Shown piece by piece: positions 47,105-56,453 of a DNA stretch of 64,000 bases (position 1 is the stretch's first letter; each line of letters opens with the position of its first letter). The DNA comes from a virus (Duplodnaviria > Caudoviricetes), in the IMG/VR virus record IMGVR_UViG_3300017776_000008, positions 731 through 64,730 of that record. One strand, 5' to 3'. The notes under the pieces are model-generated. The model had not been told where the DNA came from. It saw only the letters and a list, made by a program, of their open reading frames with translations, and made no database searches. The position numbers and the translations under genes are program-made.

Positions 47105-47240
47105 TTGGATAGTTAAAGTTACCAAGGGCGATACCACAATCGCCCAATGCCTCTATGATTCTAAGAAAACTGCATGGGAATCATATAATCAATTTAAAGA
47201 AAAAGGATATACCGTAGAGTTTAGTTTCAAAAAAGTATAA
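47094..47240 (+). CDS. 48-aa hypothetical protein (missed by the ORF track)
   Basis: MLDSWIVKVTKGDTTIAQCLYDSKKTAWESYNQFKEKGYTVEFSFKKV. Confidence 0.45.
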   Translation: MLDSWIVKVTKGDTTIAQCLYDSKKTAWESYNQFKEKGYTVEFSFKKV

Positions 47241-47243
47241 ATA
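47236..47243 (+). promoter_or_regulatory. late promoter TATAAATA heading the internal-protein cluster (further copies at 49784 and 54505)
   Basis: Exact consensus. Confidence 0.75.
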
Positions 47244-47276
47244 GATTAATAATAACTTATTTGTAAGGGACTTAGA

Positions 47277-48728
47277 ATGCGCGGCTTTAAAACTTTTTTA
47301 CCTGAAGATTTAGACGATTTGCAATACAGTGGTAGTGATACCACATTTGCGTTGTCTGTTCTTTCTAAGATTGACGATGAGATCGGCTCAATCAATACAG
47401 AAATTGAAGTAGATGTACGACCTGGAAAAAACAGTGGAAGAAAACTAGGCGTTAGTCAAAGAGCACTTGATAAAGATCGCGAAAAGTTTGCAGGCCTTGC
47501 AAGAGATATCATTGACGCACATCCAGATTTAGAACTAATGATGGATAAAGTTCCCGCCGCTCGTAAAGAAAAAGACTACGCTTTTGGCCATAAAGATTTA
47601 GAAAAATATGTATATGTTAACCTTAGACCATTAGGTGGCCGAAGTGCATTAGGTGATGATCCACATGAATTAATGACTGCAGCTCTATGTTTATTCCCTA
47701 GAGCACACAACATTACCAATTCAGATGAAATGGATGCATTGATTGAGTTAGTAAAAGGTAATCTGCGAAAGGTTAAAGGCTATAAGCAAGGTCAAGTAGA
47801 TTCATTAGAGGGTAACTATTCTAATCTATGTCAAGCTGTATCCGCAGCAAATGCTATCATTAAAGCTGGTTATGGTAGTGCTGATATGCTTTATCTTACA
47901 GGCCAGGCATGGGACGACGACGTTACAGAATTTCAAAGAACTAAATATGGAATGAAAGACTTTAACTCTTCTGATTTTATTATTAAGAAAGGTTCAAATT
48001 ACTGTGGTATTTCATTGAAGAAAAAGAGAAGATCTACTGAAGGTGATCCAACTCTTATTAATAAAGCATTCACCACTCTTCTAGCTGATAGAAAGTTTGA
48101 TAAATTAAGAACACAAATTGATGCTGATGCCGGAGCATTCTATGTTCATGTCATTAAGGTAGCACAAAGGCTTAAAATTCTGTCACCTGAAATGCAAAAA
48201 GAGCTAAAGAAAAGCAGACCGACTTCTAAAAATTGGAAGCAATATATCCAAAGAATACCGAATGATCTAGTCAATAGAGTACTTAAAGGTAAGAAAACAT
48301 TATTTAAAACTATGGCTAAAACCATTAATGATAATAGTGATCTAATTGCTAATCAGTTAATCCAATTAATTTTTAAATCAGATCTAAAAGAATTAAAGAA
48401 AGTTAACTTTGACTTTGCTCTTGTTACTGGTGTTGGTGATTATGGAGCTCGTAAAGGAGTTGTTGTTGAGGCAGGTGAATATAAAGACATCGAATCTTCT
48501 TCATCTCTAATAGACGATCTATTCAGTAAAGGTGATGCTAAAATGGTTTTAACGCCAGGTGCTACACAGGCATATGATCCTGGTGCAGGTGCTGCAAATC
48601 TTAAGTTTACTTTAATGATTGGCACTGTACAAATAGCACATATTGTGTTAAGATATAAGGGTAATTTCAGGGCAGCTCCAAACTTTACTGCTGAAATGAC
48701 TTCAGAATTTAAAGCATTATTTACATAA
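47277..48728 (+). CDS. 483-aa protein with CTS-like N-terminus and possible PD-(D/E)xK nuclease domain
   Basis: N-terminus MRGFKTFLPE; DPHELMTA...SSDFII...GISLKK. Confidence 0.55.
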   Translation: MRGFKTFLPEDLDDLQYSGSDTTFALSVLSKIDDEIGSINTEIEVDVRPGKNSGRKLGVSQRALDKDREKFAGLARDIIDAHPDLELMMDKVPAARKEKDYAFGHKDLEKYVYVNLRPLGGRSALGDDPHELMTAALCLFPRAHNITNSDEMDALIELVKGNLRKVKGYKQGQVDSLEGNYSNLCQAVSAANAIIKAGYGSADMLYLTGQAWDDDVTEFQRTKYGMKDFNSSDFIIKKGSNYCGISLKKKRRSTEGDPTLINKAFTTLLADRKFDKLRTQIDADAGAFYVHVIKVAQRLKILSPEMQKELKKSRPTSKNWKQYIQRIPNDLVNRVLKGKKTLFKTMAKTINDNSDLIANQLIQLIFKSDLKELKKVNFDFALVTGVGDYGARKGVVVEAGEYKDIESSSSLIDDLFSKGDAKMVLTPGATQAYDPGAGAANLKFTLMIGTVQIAHIVLRYKGNFRAAPNFTAEMTSEFKALFT

Positions 48729-48737
48729 GGAATATTA

Positions 48738-49979
48738 ATGAAATCGTTAAAGAATTATTTATCAGAAGCAGCTAGTAAGAATACACACATGACTCACCTC
48801 GAAGATCTGATCATCGATGGTGGCGTTTCTGGTGCACGGCAAGCTATTATGGCATTACGTTCTTTACGTGATATGCTAAAAGGTAGCGCTGATTCTTCAG
48901 TTGACGTGACTGTTAAGTGGGACGGAGCTCCCGCCGTATTTGCAGGAGAAGATCCAAGTGATGGTTCATTCTTCGTTGCAAAGAAAGGTATCTTTAATGC
49001 TAATCCAAAAATTTATAAATCACATGCTGATATTGATGCTGATACTTCCGGCGATTTATCTAAAAAGTTGAAAATGGCATACGATTATCTTAAGCCCTTA
49101 GGAATTAAAGGTGTTATACAAGGTGACTTCATGTTTGATTCATCTGATCTAAAGAACGAAACAATCGACGGTCAGAGAATGGTGGTTTTTCACCCTAATA
49201 CAATTGCTTATGCTGTACCAAAGGGATCAACAATAGAAAGACAAATATCGAAAGCTAAGATTGGTATCGTATGGCACACTAGTTATTCTGGTGGAACGTT
49301 TGAATCTATGAGAGCTGAGTTTGGTGGTAACATATCAAGTAAGTTAAAGCAATCATCTAATGTATGGATGCAGGACGCTACACTTGACGATCTATCAGGC
49401 ACGGCTACTTTAACTGATGCAGAAACTGAAGCTTTAAATGCCAAGCTGTCGGCTGCAGGTTCTCTCTTTAGAAAAATCTCATCTTCGACCTTAAAGACTA
49501 TTGAAGACAATAAAGAACTTAATCTTATGATTAATGTCTATAATAACACTAAGGTAAGAGCAGGTGAAAAAATTACTAATACTCGAGCTCACGCTGACGG
49601 TATGATAAAATTTATTCAAGCTAGATACCAAAAGCAGATTGACAAAAGGAGTAGTCAGAAAGGTAAGGACACACAAGCTGCTAAACGAGATGAAATATTA
49701 ACGTTTTTTGACAAAAAGAACTTGAAAAACTTACAATTAATCTTTGATTTACAGAATTTAGTGGTAGATAGTAAATTAATCATTATAAATAAACTAAACA
49801 AACTAAACAAAATTGGGACGTTTGTTAAGACTAAATCCGGATTTAAAGTAACCAACCCTGAAGGTTTTGTTGCTATAGATCGAATGGACGGTGGAGCTGT
49901 TAAATTAGTTGATAGAATGGAATTTTCTACTAACAACTTTAGCAAAGATATTATAAAAGGTTGGGATAACCCCAACTAA
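48738..49979 (+). CDS. DUF6267-like protein with ligase/nucleotidyltransferase motifs
   Basis: N-terminus MKSLKNYLSE; THLED, TVKWDGAPA (KxDG), QGDFMF, EGFV, VKLVDR. Confidence 0.65.
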   Translation: MKSLKNYLSEAASKNTHMTHLEDLIIDGGVSGARQAIMALRSLRDMLKGSADSSVDVTVKWDGAPAVFAGEDPSDGSFFVAKKGIFNANPKIYKSHADIDADTSGDLSKKLKMAYDYLKPLGIKGVIQGDFMFDSSDLKNETIDGQRMVVFHPNTIAYAVPKGSTIERQISKAKIGIVWHTSYSGGTFESMRAEFGGNISSKLKQSSNVWMQDATLDDLSGTATLTDAETEALNAKLSAAGSLFRKISSSTLKTIEDNKELNLMINVYNNTKVRAGEKITNTRAHADGMIKFIQARYQKQIDKRSSQKGKDTQAAKRDEILTFFDKKNLKNLQLIFDLQNLVVDSKLIIINKLNKLNKIGTFVKTKSGFKVTNPEGFVAIDRMDGGAVKLVDRMEFSTNNFSKDIIKGWDNPN

Positions 49980-49999
49980 ATGGGATACCGAGGATAAGC

Positions 50000-50362
50000 A
50001 TGTTAAGTTTTAAAGAGCATACTCAGCTGGAAGCTTTGACTAACCAGCAGCGTATGAAGGCTAAAATAAATTTCAAGAAAAACAAAGCTAAAATTATGCT
50101 TGGTCGCAAAAAAGCGGCTAAGAAACTCGCATCCCCAGAAAAACTTAAAGCTCGAGCCGTAAAGCAGGCACGGAATATTTTACTTAAAAAAATTCTGAAG
50201 AAAAGAGATAAAGCTGATTTATCGTTTTCGAGCAAACATAGTATTGAGAAAAAGCTAGCCAAGAAGAAAGGAGCAATTCAAAAGATTGCTAAGAAGCTTC
50301 TTCCTAAAGTAAAGGCAGCTGATCGAGCTAAGAAAAGGGGTGGTGCGGGTAAAAATGATTAA
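50000..50362 (+). CDS. very basic internal-head-like protein
   Basis: MLSFKEHTQLE followed by Lys/Arg-rich helices. Confidence 0.65.
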   Translation: MLSFKEHTQLEALTNQQRMKAKINFKKNKAKIMLGRKKAAKKLASPEKLKARAVKQARNILLKKILKKRDKADLSFSSKHSIEKKLAKKKGAIQKIAKKLLPKVKAADRAKKRGGAGKND

Positions 50363-51671
50363 AAAGTTTAGTGAATTTGTAACAGAACAAAAGGGCGAGG
50401 TTACTATCGTATTTGGTAGATTTAACCCACCTACTTCTGGCCATGAAAAATTATTTGAGACACTAAAGAAAGTTTCCAAAGGTGGCATGTATAGAATATA
50501 TGCTTCTAAATCCGAAGACGCTAGAAAGAACCCCCTCCCATTTAGAGATAAAGTAAAATTCCTACGCAAAATGTTTCCAAAGCATGCCAGAAATATTATG
50601 GCAGATACCGATACGCGTACGGTTATTGACGTAGCTCGTAAACTATACGATCAGGGTTTCACTAAAATGTCTCTGGTCGCAGGCTCTGACAGAGTAAAAG
50701 AATTTGAAATTCTACTTAATAAGTACAATGGCGTAGAAGCGCGCCATGGGTTCTACCAATTTGAAAGTAAGATTAAAGTAATCTCTGCGGGTGAAAGAGA
50801 TCCTGATAGTGATGATGTTTCTGGCATGTCGGCCTCTAAGTTAAGAGCAGCTGCTGCCGACAACGATTTGGAGTTGTTTAGCAAGGGAATGCCAAAATCA
50901 TACAAAGACAGTAAGGATTTATTTAATGCTGTAAGAAAGGGAATGGGATTAAAAGAATCAAAACTATTCCGTAAGCATGTTGAATTGCCAAAGGTTTCTG
51001 ATACAAGAGAAGACTATGTAGAGGGTAACCTATTTGCTGAAGGTGATACTGTACAACTCAAAGAAACTAAAGAAATTGGCGAAATAACTACTTGTGGTGC
51101 TAATTATCTTACAGTTAAGTTTGAAGACAAAACAAAGAAAGTTTGGTTAGATCAAGTCGAATTAGTTGAGAAGCATTGTGGTAGTCGTAAAAAGAAAGTA
51201 AATGAAGATGATCCATGTTGGGATAGTCACAAGCAGGTAGGTATGAAAAAGAAAGGTAAGAAGATGGTGCCTAACTGCGTACCCAAAGAAGCTAAATCGA
51301 AAGACTATGATTCAATGACGGCTAAACAAAAGAAGAAGCACGATAAGCCAAGACCAAATGCACCAGAGAGTAAACACACTAAAAAGTTTAGACAAATGTA
51401 CGGTGAAACACTTTCATTCGAAGAATTTAACATCAAAGAAAAAGTAGATGTAAAAGGTGCACTGAAGAAAAAGGCTGATAAATCTGGCATGCCGTATGCA
51501 ATTCTTAAGCAAGTATTTGACAGAGGATTCGCAGCTTGGAGCTCATCTCATAGACCAGGAACTAATCCTACACAATGGGGATTGGCTCGGGTTAATTCAT
51601 TTGCAACAAAGTCCAAAGGGACATGGGGCAAGGCCGATGCGGATCTTGCTAAAAAGGTAAGGGGAAGTTAA
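50355..51671 (+). CDS. cytidylyltransferase-like (HIGH-superfamily) nucleotidyltransferase fused to C-terminal small domains
   Basis: FGRFNPPTSGHEKL, VAGSDRV, MSASKLR; C-terminal RGFAAW...HRPG...QWGLARVNSF (DUF5824-like). Confidence 0.8.
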   Translation: MIKKFSEFVTEQKGEVTIVFGRFNPPTSGHEKLFETLKKVSKGGMYRIYASKSEDARKNPLPFRDKVKFLRKMFPKHARNIMADTDTRTVIDVARKLYDQGFTKMSLVAGSDRVKEFEILLNKYNGVEARHGFYQFESKIKVISAGERDPDSDDVSGMSASKLRAAAADNDLELFSKGMPKSYKDSKDLFNAVRKGMGLKESKLFRKHVELPKVSDTREDYVEGNLFAEGDTVQLKETKEIGEITTCGANYLTVKFEDKTKKVWLDQVELVEKHCGSRKKKVNEDDPCWDSHKQVGMKKKGKKMVPNCVPKEAKSKDYDSMTAKQKKKHDKPRPNAPESKHTKKFRQMYGETLSFEEFNIKEKVDVKGALKKKADKSGMPYAILKQVFDRGFAAWSSSHRPGTNPTQWGLARVNSFATKSKGTWGKADADLAKKVRGS

Positions 51672-52444
51672 TGATAACTTTTAAGGAACACTCAGACGTA
51701 GAAGAAAAATATAAAGGTAAGTTTCCACCAGATTTGGTAGCAGCTGCTATTAAAGTTGCTATGAGCATGGCTGGCAATATGACCGGTGCTAGCAAAAAGA
51801 TCGAAGCTATGAAGCGCGGCTTATCTAAAGATAAGGTTGTGGCCGATACTTTACGATTGGTTAACGAAGGTCGTGAAATTTACGTTATGAAAAAAGGTAA
51901 ATTTACGCGTACAGTTGACGGCAAAGAAGCTGATAAGATGAAGCGTAAAGGTTGGAAACTAATCGGTAAGAATGAATCAGTAGAGGAAGCTAGAAGAAAA
52001 AAGCCTAAACCGTCGGCCCGAGACCGCTTAATTAAATCGCTAAAAAAGCACGGGTACGACGTACATGCACGATCTAAGGCTGCTGATGCTGAAGTTAAAA
52101 GACTTAAAAAGCTATACAATATGGAATCAATTGAAGAGTCAATAGAACTCGATGAGTTTACTATCCCCGTTTCACTAGCAACAAAGATTCCATTCCTTAA
52201 GGATAAAGTATACCAAAAAGCTCTACGATACTATTTAGATTGGAGAAAGAAAAACCCTAAACAAGGTTCTATGGGTATCTCTAAAGCAGCAAGAGAATTT
52301 GGCGTAGATATTAAAACATTGCAATTGCAATTGCATAAACTTATAGATCTTGGTAAGCTGCCTAAGCATTTGGCAACTAATCCAAATATGCTAGGCGGTG
52401 GAGTACGTAATCCAACTCGTAAGAGCGGGTTTGGTCAACAATAA
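51671..52444 (+). CDS. basic hypothetical protein with CTS-like N-terminus
   Basis: MITFKEHSDVEE; internal acidic xxE linkers. Confidence 0.6.
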   Translation: MITFKEHSDVEEKYKGKFPPDLVAAAIKVAMSMAGNMTGASKKIEAMKRGLSKDKVVADTLRLVNEGREIYVMKKGKFTRTVDGKEADKMKRKGWKLIGKNESVEEARRKKPKPSARDRLIKSLKKHGYDVHARSKAADAEVKRLKKLYNMESIEESIELDEFTIPVSLATKIPFLKDKVYQKALRYYLDWRKKNPKQGSMGISKAAREFGVDIKTLQLQLHKLIDLGKLPKHLATNPNMLGGGVRNPTRKSGFGQQ

Positions 52445-52478
52445 ATAAATTAAAACTTAAAACTAAGGAGTTAATTAA

Positions 52479-53015
52479 GTGAAAACATTAAAAATAATCA
52501 GAGCAGAATTATCTGAAAAGGCCTACCGTCCAACCGGTTCTATGTCTCAGCTAGGTAATTTAGTAGCTCAGGCGTTTAAAAAGCACGTCGAAAAAGCTAA
52601 GATGTCACAGGTCGATGAAAAGAAGCTTACCAAAATGTGGGGTGATTGGACCTCTAAAAAAGGTGCAGCTTTAGTTCTCGATTATATTTCAAAGGCAGAA
52701 AAGAAAGCTAAACTTGAAGCTGGTTCAATTGCTGTTGCGGGTATGAAAGGTAAAAAGTTCGGCCAGTTTAAGAAAGAGGGTAGCTATTCTACCGATAAGC
52801 AAGATTATTATCTGCTAAGTAACGATTTCGTAGTTATGATCCAAGGTCCTACTGATGCTAAAGAACTTAAGCAAATGACTAAAGCTATGAAAGGTTCTTA
52901 TAAGAGCACAGCAGCCGGTACTCTAGATGGTCTGATGGGCGGTGATGCTAAGTTTGGTCCTGGTCCTACAATCGAAATTAGAGATACATTTGGTATTATT
53001 ATAGACGATAAGTAA
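52479..53015 (+). CDS. hypothetical protein with CTS-like N-terminus
   Basis: MKTLKIIRAELSE; AGGAG SD. Confidence 0.6.
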   Translation: MKTLKIIRAELSEKAYRPTGSMSQLGNLVAQAFKKHVEKAKMSQVDEKKLTKMWGDWTSKKGAALVLDYISKAEKKAKLEAGSIAVAGMKGKKFGQFKKEGSYSTDKQDYYLLSNDFVVMIQGPTDAKELKQMTKAMKGSYKSTAAGTLDGLMGGDAKFGPGPTIEIRDTFGIIIDDK

Positions 53016-53016
53016 T

Positions 53017-53232
53017 ATGATACCATTTGCGCAGTACATAACTGAAGCGGTTAAGGAAGGCGATACAGTACGCATTAAAAAGCAATATGCTGATTCGCCT
53101 CAAGAAGCTAAAGAGCTTTATACGGTTAAAGAGTTAAGAGGGCCAAGGGTTCTTATTACCCCTAAGGTTTGGAAAGGCCGTGGCATTAAGCCAACGGAAG
53201 CAGTACAACTAAAAATGATAGAGAAAGCGTAA
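53017..53232 (+). CDS. small SH3/KOW-like protein with CTS-like N-terminus
   Basis: MIPFAQYITE-AVKEGDTVRI. Confidence 0.6.
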   Translation: MIPFAQYITEAVKEGDTVRIKKQYADSPQEAKELYTVKELRGPRVLITPKVWKGRGIKPTEAVQLKMIEKA

Positions 53233-53233
53233 T

Positions 53234-53464
53234 ATGTTAACATTTAAAGAACATATTGAAGAAGGATCAGAATCTTGGGAAGCAGGATTTAAACGTCGTG
53301 TGGTAAAGACGACCAAGCCTGAACATAAAGAAAAAGGATTTGAGTGGAGAATCAAGGGTAAAGATCGACCTGAGATATCTATTAAGTTGTATAAAACAAA
53401 GCCTGATTTTGCAGAGTTTAAGAAACAAATGAAGCGAGTTGCAGGCCATGAGTTTGGTGGATAA
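53234..53464 (+). CDS. small protein with CTS-like N-terminus
   Basis: MLTFKEHIEE. Confidence 0.65.
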   Translation: MLTFKEHIEEGSESWEAGFKRRVVKTTKPEHKEKGFEWRIKGKDRPEISIKLYKTKPDFAEFKKQMKRVAGHEFGG

Positions 53465-53703
53465 TGAAAACGTTTAAAGAGATTCGCGAAGCAAAGGTCA
53501 GATGGAAGAAAGCAGGTCCAAATGGCGAAATAGAAGCCACCATTGGTGGGAGTCGATGGAAAATTGAGAAGGCTCAACATTCTCGTGGAGAATATCACGC
53601 AAAGAGTTATAATAAGAAAACTCGTGAATGGGATTGGGCGTTTACACAATCTAGTAAAAAGAGTGTAAAAGATGCCATCGAAGATAATCCAAATAGAGAC
53701 TAA
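53464..53703 (+). CDS. small protein with CTS-like N-terminus
   Basis: MKTFKEIRE. Confidence 0.65.
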   Translation: MKTFKEIREAKVRWKKAGPNGEIEATIGGSRWKIEKAQHSRGEYHAKSYNKKTREWDWAFTQSSKKSVKDAIEDNPNRD

Positions 53704-53705
53704 GA

Positions 53706-54095
53706 ATGAAAACGTTTAAAGAACATTTAGAAGGATTTGCGTTATACGAAGGTTCAATGGTTCCATTGGAAAGTCCAATGATTGAGCTTGATGAAGCGGA
53801 ATATAAAGGCCGAGAAGTTGAACTTGGCAGCCCATCACGCAATAGCGCTGATGGTAAAAAATACGTGGTATACGTTAAAGACCCGAAAACAGGAAATGTT
53901 AAGAAAATAACCTTTGGTGATCAGAAGGGTGGACTATCATCTAAAATTAATGATAGAGATGCTGCAGCAAACTTTGCATCACGTCACAACTGTGATACTA
54001 AAAGCGATAAAATGAAGCCAGGTTATTGGTCTTGTCGATTACCGAAATACGCAAAGGACTTGGGGCTTAAAGGTGGTGGATCTTACTTTTGGTAA
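53706..54095 (+). CDS. conserved phage protein (F..RH.C...YWSC motif) with CTS-like N-terminus
   Basis: MKTFKEHLE; KYVVYVKDPKTGNVKKITFGD, FASRHNCD, PGYWSC. Confidence 0.7.
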   Translation: MKTFKEHLEGFALYEGSMVPLESPMIELDEAEYKGREVELGSPSRNSADGKKYVVYVKDPKTGNVKKITFGDQKGGLSSKINDRDAAANFASRHNCDTKSDKMKPGYWSCRLPKYAKDLGLKGGGSYFW

Positions 54096-54351
54096 ACCTT
54101 ATTGGGAAGACGCTGACGTAAGAACGTTCTTTCCAGAAATAGACGACGCAGAATATGTTTGGCATAGAGATGCCGAAGATAGAGAGATTGAAGTTTTAGA
54201 GGGAGAAGGATGGCAATTTCAAGTAGACAAATGTCTACCATGGTTGCTTAAAAAGGGAATGGTATTTGATATACCTGAAGGAGAGTACCACAGACTAATC
54301 AGAGGAGTAACTCCTCTCAAATGTAGGGTTATAAAACATGGCAACAGCTAA
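54073..54351 (+). CDS. cupin-like protein
   Basis: WHRDAEDR.IEVL.G.GW.FQ...IP..EYHRLIRG. Confidence 0.6.
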   Translation: MVDLTFGKPYWEDADVRTFFPEIDDAEYVWHRDAEDREIEVLEGEGWQFQVDKCLPWLLKKGMVFDIPEGEYHRLIRGVTPLKCRVIKHGNS

Positions 54352-54637
54352 AGAACAAAGAGACGAACAATCACAACGTCTTGATAGGATTGAACAAAAA
54401 ATCGATCATATGGCTGATGCTATTATTGCCCTAGCTCGCGCCGAAGAAAAGATCATTACATTAACAGATTTTGGTAAACAACAAGGTGAGCAAATATTAA
54501 CTCTTATAAATAGAGTTGATAGATTAGAAAATTTGGTTAGGCAAAATGCCCAGACCGTACAAGTTATTAACAAACTATTCTGGATAATTACAGCTGCAGC
54601 CGCGGCCGCAATATCAGGAATGCTTTTTATTCAATAG
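54338..54637 (+). CDS. coiled-coil protein with C-terminal TM helix (XhlA/holin-like)
   Basis: RLDRIEQKID...LFWIITAAAAAAISGMLFIQ. Confidence 0.6.
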   Translation: MATAKEQRDEQSQRLDRIEQKIDHMADAIIALARAEEKIITLTDFGKQQGEQILTLINRVDRLENLVRQNAQTVQVINKLFWIITAAAAAAISGMLFIQ

Positions 54638-54647
54638 GAGAAATAAA

Positions 54648-55457
54648 ATGTATAACGACGATGTAACACGAAGCATTGCTAAGGCTGCACAAGAAGTATT
54701 AGAAGGCTACGGCAAGAAAAAAATGAAAAAAGAAGAAATGGACCCACGCGATCATGTTAAAGAGAGCGACGGCGTATTTGAAGTAGTTGATAAAGATGGT
54801 AAGACTGTAAAGGCTTATAAGAGTAAAGCAGCTGCTGAAAAGTATGCAGTTAAGAACCATGATAAGCTAATGGGTGAAGTTGCTGAACCAGAAGCCAAGG
54901 GCGAAAAAGATTTTAAAGCTAAACATAAAATCAAAAAATCTGGTGAAGAAGCAGATGGTGACGTTGTTAAAGAAAAATACCACGATGACGACGATGACGA
55001 GGAAGTCGATGAAATGTCTGATAAGCAAAAGAAATATCAGGCTTTCTTTAAAAAGGCTCTAAAAGAATTCGGCGTTTCATCACCAGCTGAGCTTAAAGGC
55101 GATAAGAAAAAAGAGTTCTTCGATTATGTAGATAAGAATTACGAAGGTGTTGATGAAAGTCTTATCGGTTCAATCAAAAAGGCTGCAGGTAAAGCTAAAA
55201 CTGCTGTAAAGAGAGCTGCCATGGGTAAAGCGGGTAGAGCTAAAGCTGACAATGACGCAGCGTTTGATAAAGCTAGAGATCCTAAAGAGCGTATCAATAA
55301 GAAGAAAGAACAAATTAAAGGATACGTTGAAAAACTTAAAGCTGCCGAAAAGAAACACAAAGATGGCGAAATCGATGATGATAAGCTTGATGATCTTGAA
55401 GATTACTACAACGGCCTTATTAATAAAGCTGAAGATTATATCGATGAGCTTAGCTGA
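54648..55457 (+). CDS. highly charged internal-head-like protein
   Basis: Repeated V/L-x-E linkers; KYQAFFKKALKEFGVSSPAEL...KKEFFDYVD module. Confidence 0.6.
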   Translation: MYNDDVTRSIAKAAQEVLEGYGKKKMKKEEMDPRDHVKESDGVFEVVDKDGKTVKAYKSKAAAEKYAVKNHDKLMGEVAEPEAKGEKDFKAKHKIKKSGEEADGDVVKEKYHDDDDDEEVDEMSDKQKKYQAFFKKALKEFGVSSPAELKGDKKKEFFDYVDKNYEGVDESLIGSIKKAAGKAKTAVKRAAMGKAGRAKADNDAAFDKARDPKERINKKKEQIKGYVEKLKAAEKKHKDGEIDDDKLDDLEDYYNGLINKAEDYIDELS

Positions 55458-55494
55458 GGCAAATACGCAATAAACGTAGCATCATATATAATAC

Positions 55495-55866
55495 ATGATG
55501 AAAATATTTGACGAATTGACAAACCGAAACTTTAAACTCTTTGCCATGCAACACTACGATAATCCAGAGTGTACGGATGTCGAAGAGTTTAAAGAGGATT
55601 TAAACAGATTTAGATATCTTAAAAGATTACTAAGTCGATACGAAGCTGACGGCGATCTTCAGGAACGCTTGATACTCAATCACATAATAGTAATATACAA
55701 TGTGTTTGGATTAGAAGCAGCAAATAGAATGGTGTGGTTTAAGTTGCAAAAGGAACATTGGACTTATATTAAACCATTCTTAGTGTTTTTAAATTTTTTA
55801 CCAGTAGATGAAAAGGTTCATATTCCACTTGATCCATTCATTGTAGATAAACTAAGGAAGCTGTAA
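55495..55866 (+). CDS. conserved T4-like hypothetical protein
   Basis: FAMQHYDNPEC...EF.EDL.RF.Y.KRL...RLILNHII..YNVFG. Confidence 0.75.
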   Translation: MMKIFDELTNRNFKLFAMQHYDNPECTDVEEFKEDLNRFRYLKRLLSRYEADGDLQERLILNHIIVIYNVFGLEAANRMVWFKLQKEHWTYIKPFLVFLNFLPVDEKVHIPLDPFIVDKLRKL

Positions 55867-56453
55867 TGGGTTTACTTTCAAGAGCAGGTGACGTAATATA
55901 CGCATTTAAATTTTTGCGTACGCTAACTAAGCCTTGGAACAAGATGGAAGCATATAAGCTTGGTATTATCGACAAAGATGGTAAAGTGCTTAAAAAATCT
56001 AAAGAGCTAGAAACACCAGAAGAAAAATCTGCTTATACCATTTTTCATCGCTTGGTTTTTAATGTTAAGCGTTTGGTAGGTAAAGTACCTGGTGGTAAGT
56101 CTACAATAGGTTCATATGCAGCTGCACTATTTTTGATTAAAGAGCACACTCAATTAAGTGAAGAAGAGCTCGAAGCTGTTGTAAGCGAATTCCTAGAAGT
56201 TGATGAATTGCAAAGTTTAGAGGAAGCTACTTGGTTCCAAGAAAATAATAAACTAAAGCCAGGCGATTATAAACTAACTAAAAACGTAGCACATTTGTCT
56301 ACTGGCGAAGTAATCGCATTCACTAAAGATAAAGTTATAGTAAATGAATTTTTAGAACCAACGGATAGAATCTTTAACCAAAATATTTACAAAGTAAAGC
56401 ATGCTAAAACAGGTTTAGAAATATACATAACAAATGAGGATATCAAACGATGA
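55866..56453 (+). CDS. conserved T4-like hypothetical protein
   Basis: AYKLGIIDKDGKVLKK...AYTIFHRLVFNVKRL...YAAALFLIKE. Confidence 0.75.
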   Translation: MGLLSRAGDVIYAFKFLRTLTKPWNKMEAYKLGIIDKDGKVLKKSKELETPEEKSAYTIFHRLVFNVKRLVGKVPGGKSTIGSYAAALFLIKEHTQLSEEELEAVVSEFLEVDELQSLEEATWFQENNKLKPGDYKLTKNVAHLSTGEVIAFTKDKVIVNEFLEPTDRIFNQNIYKVKHAKTGLEIYITNEDIKR

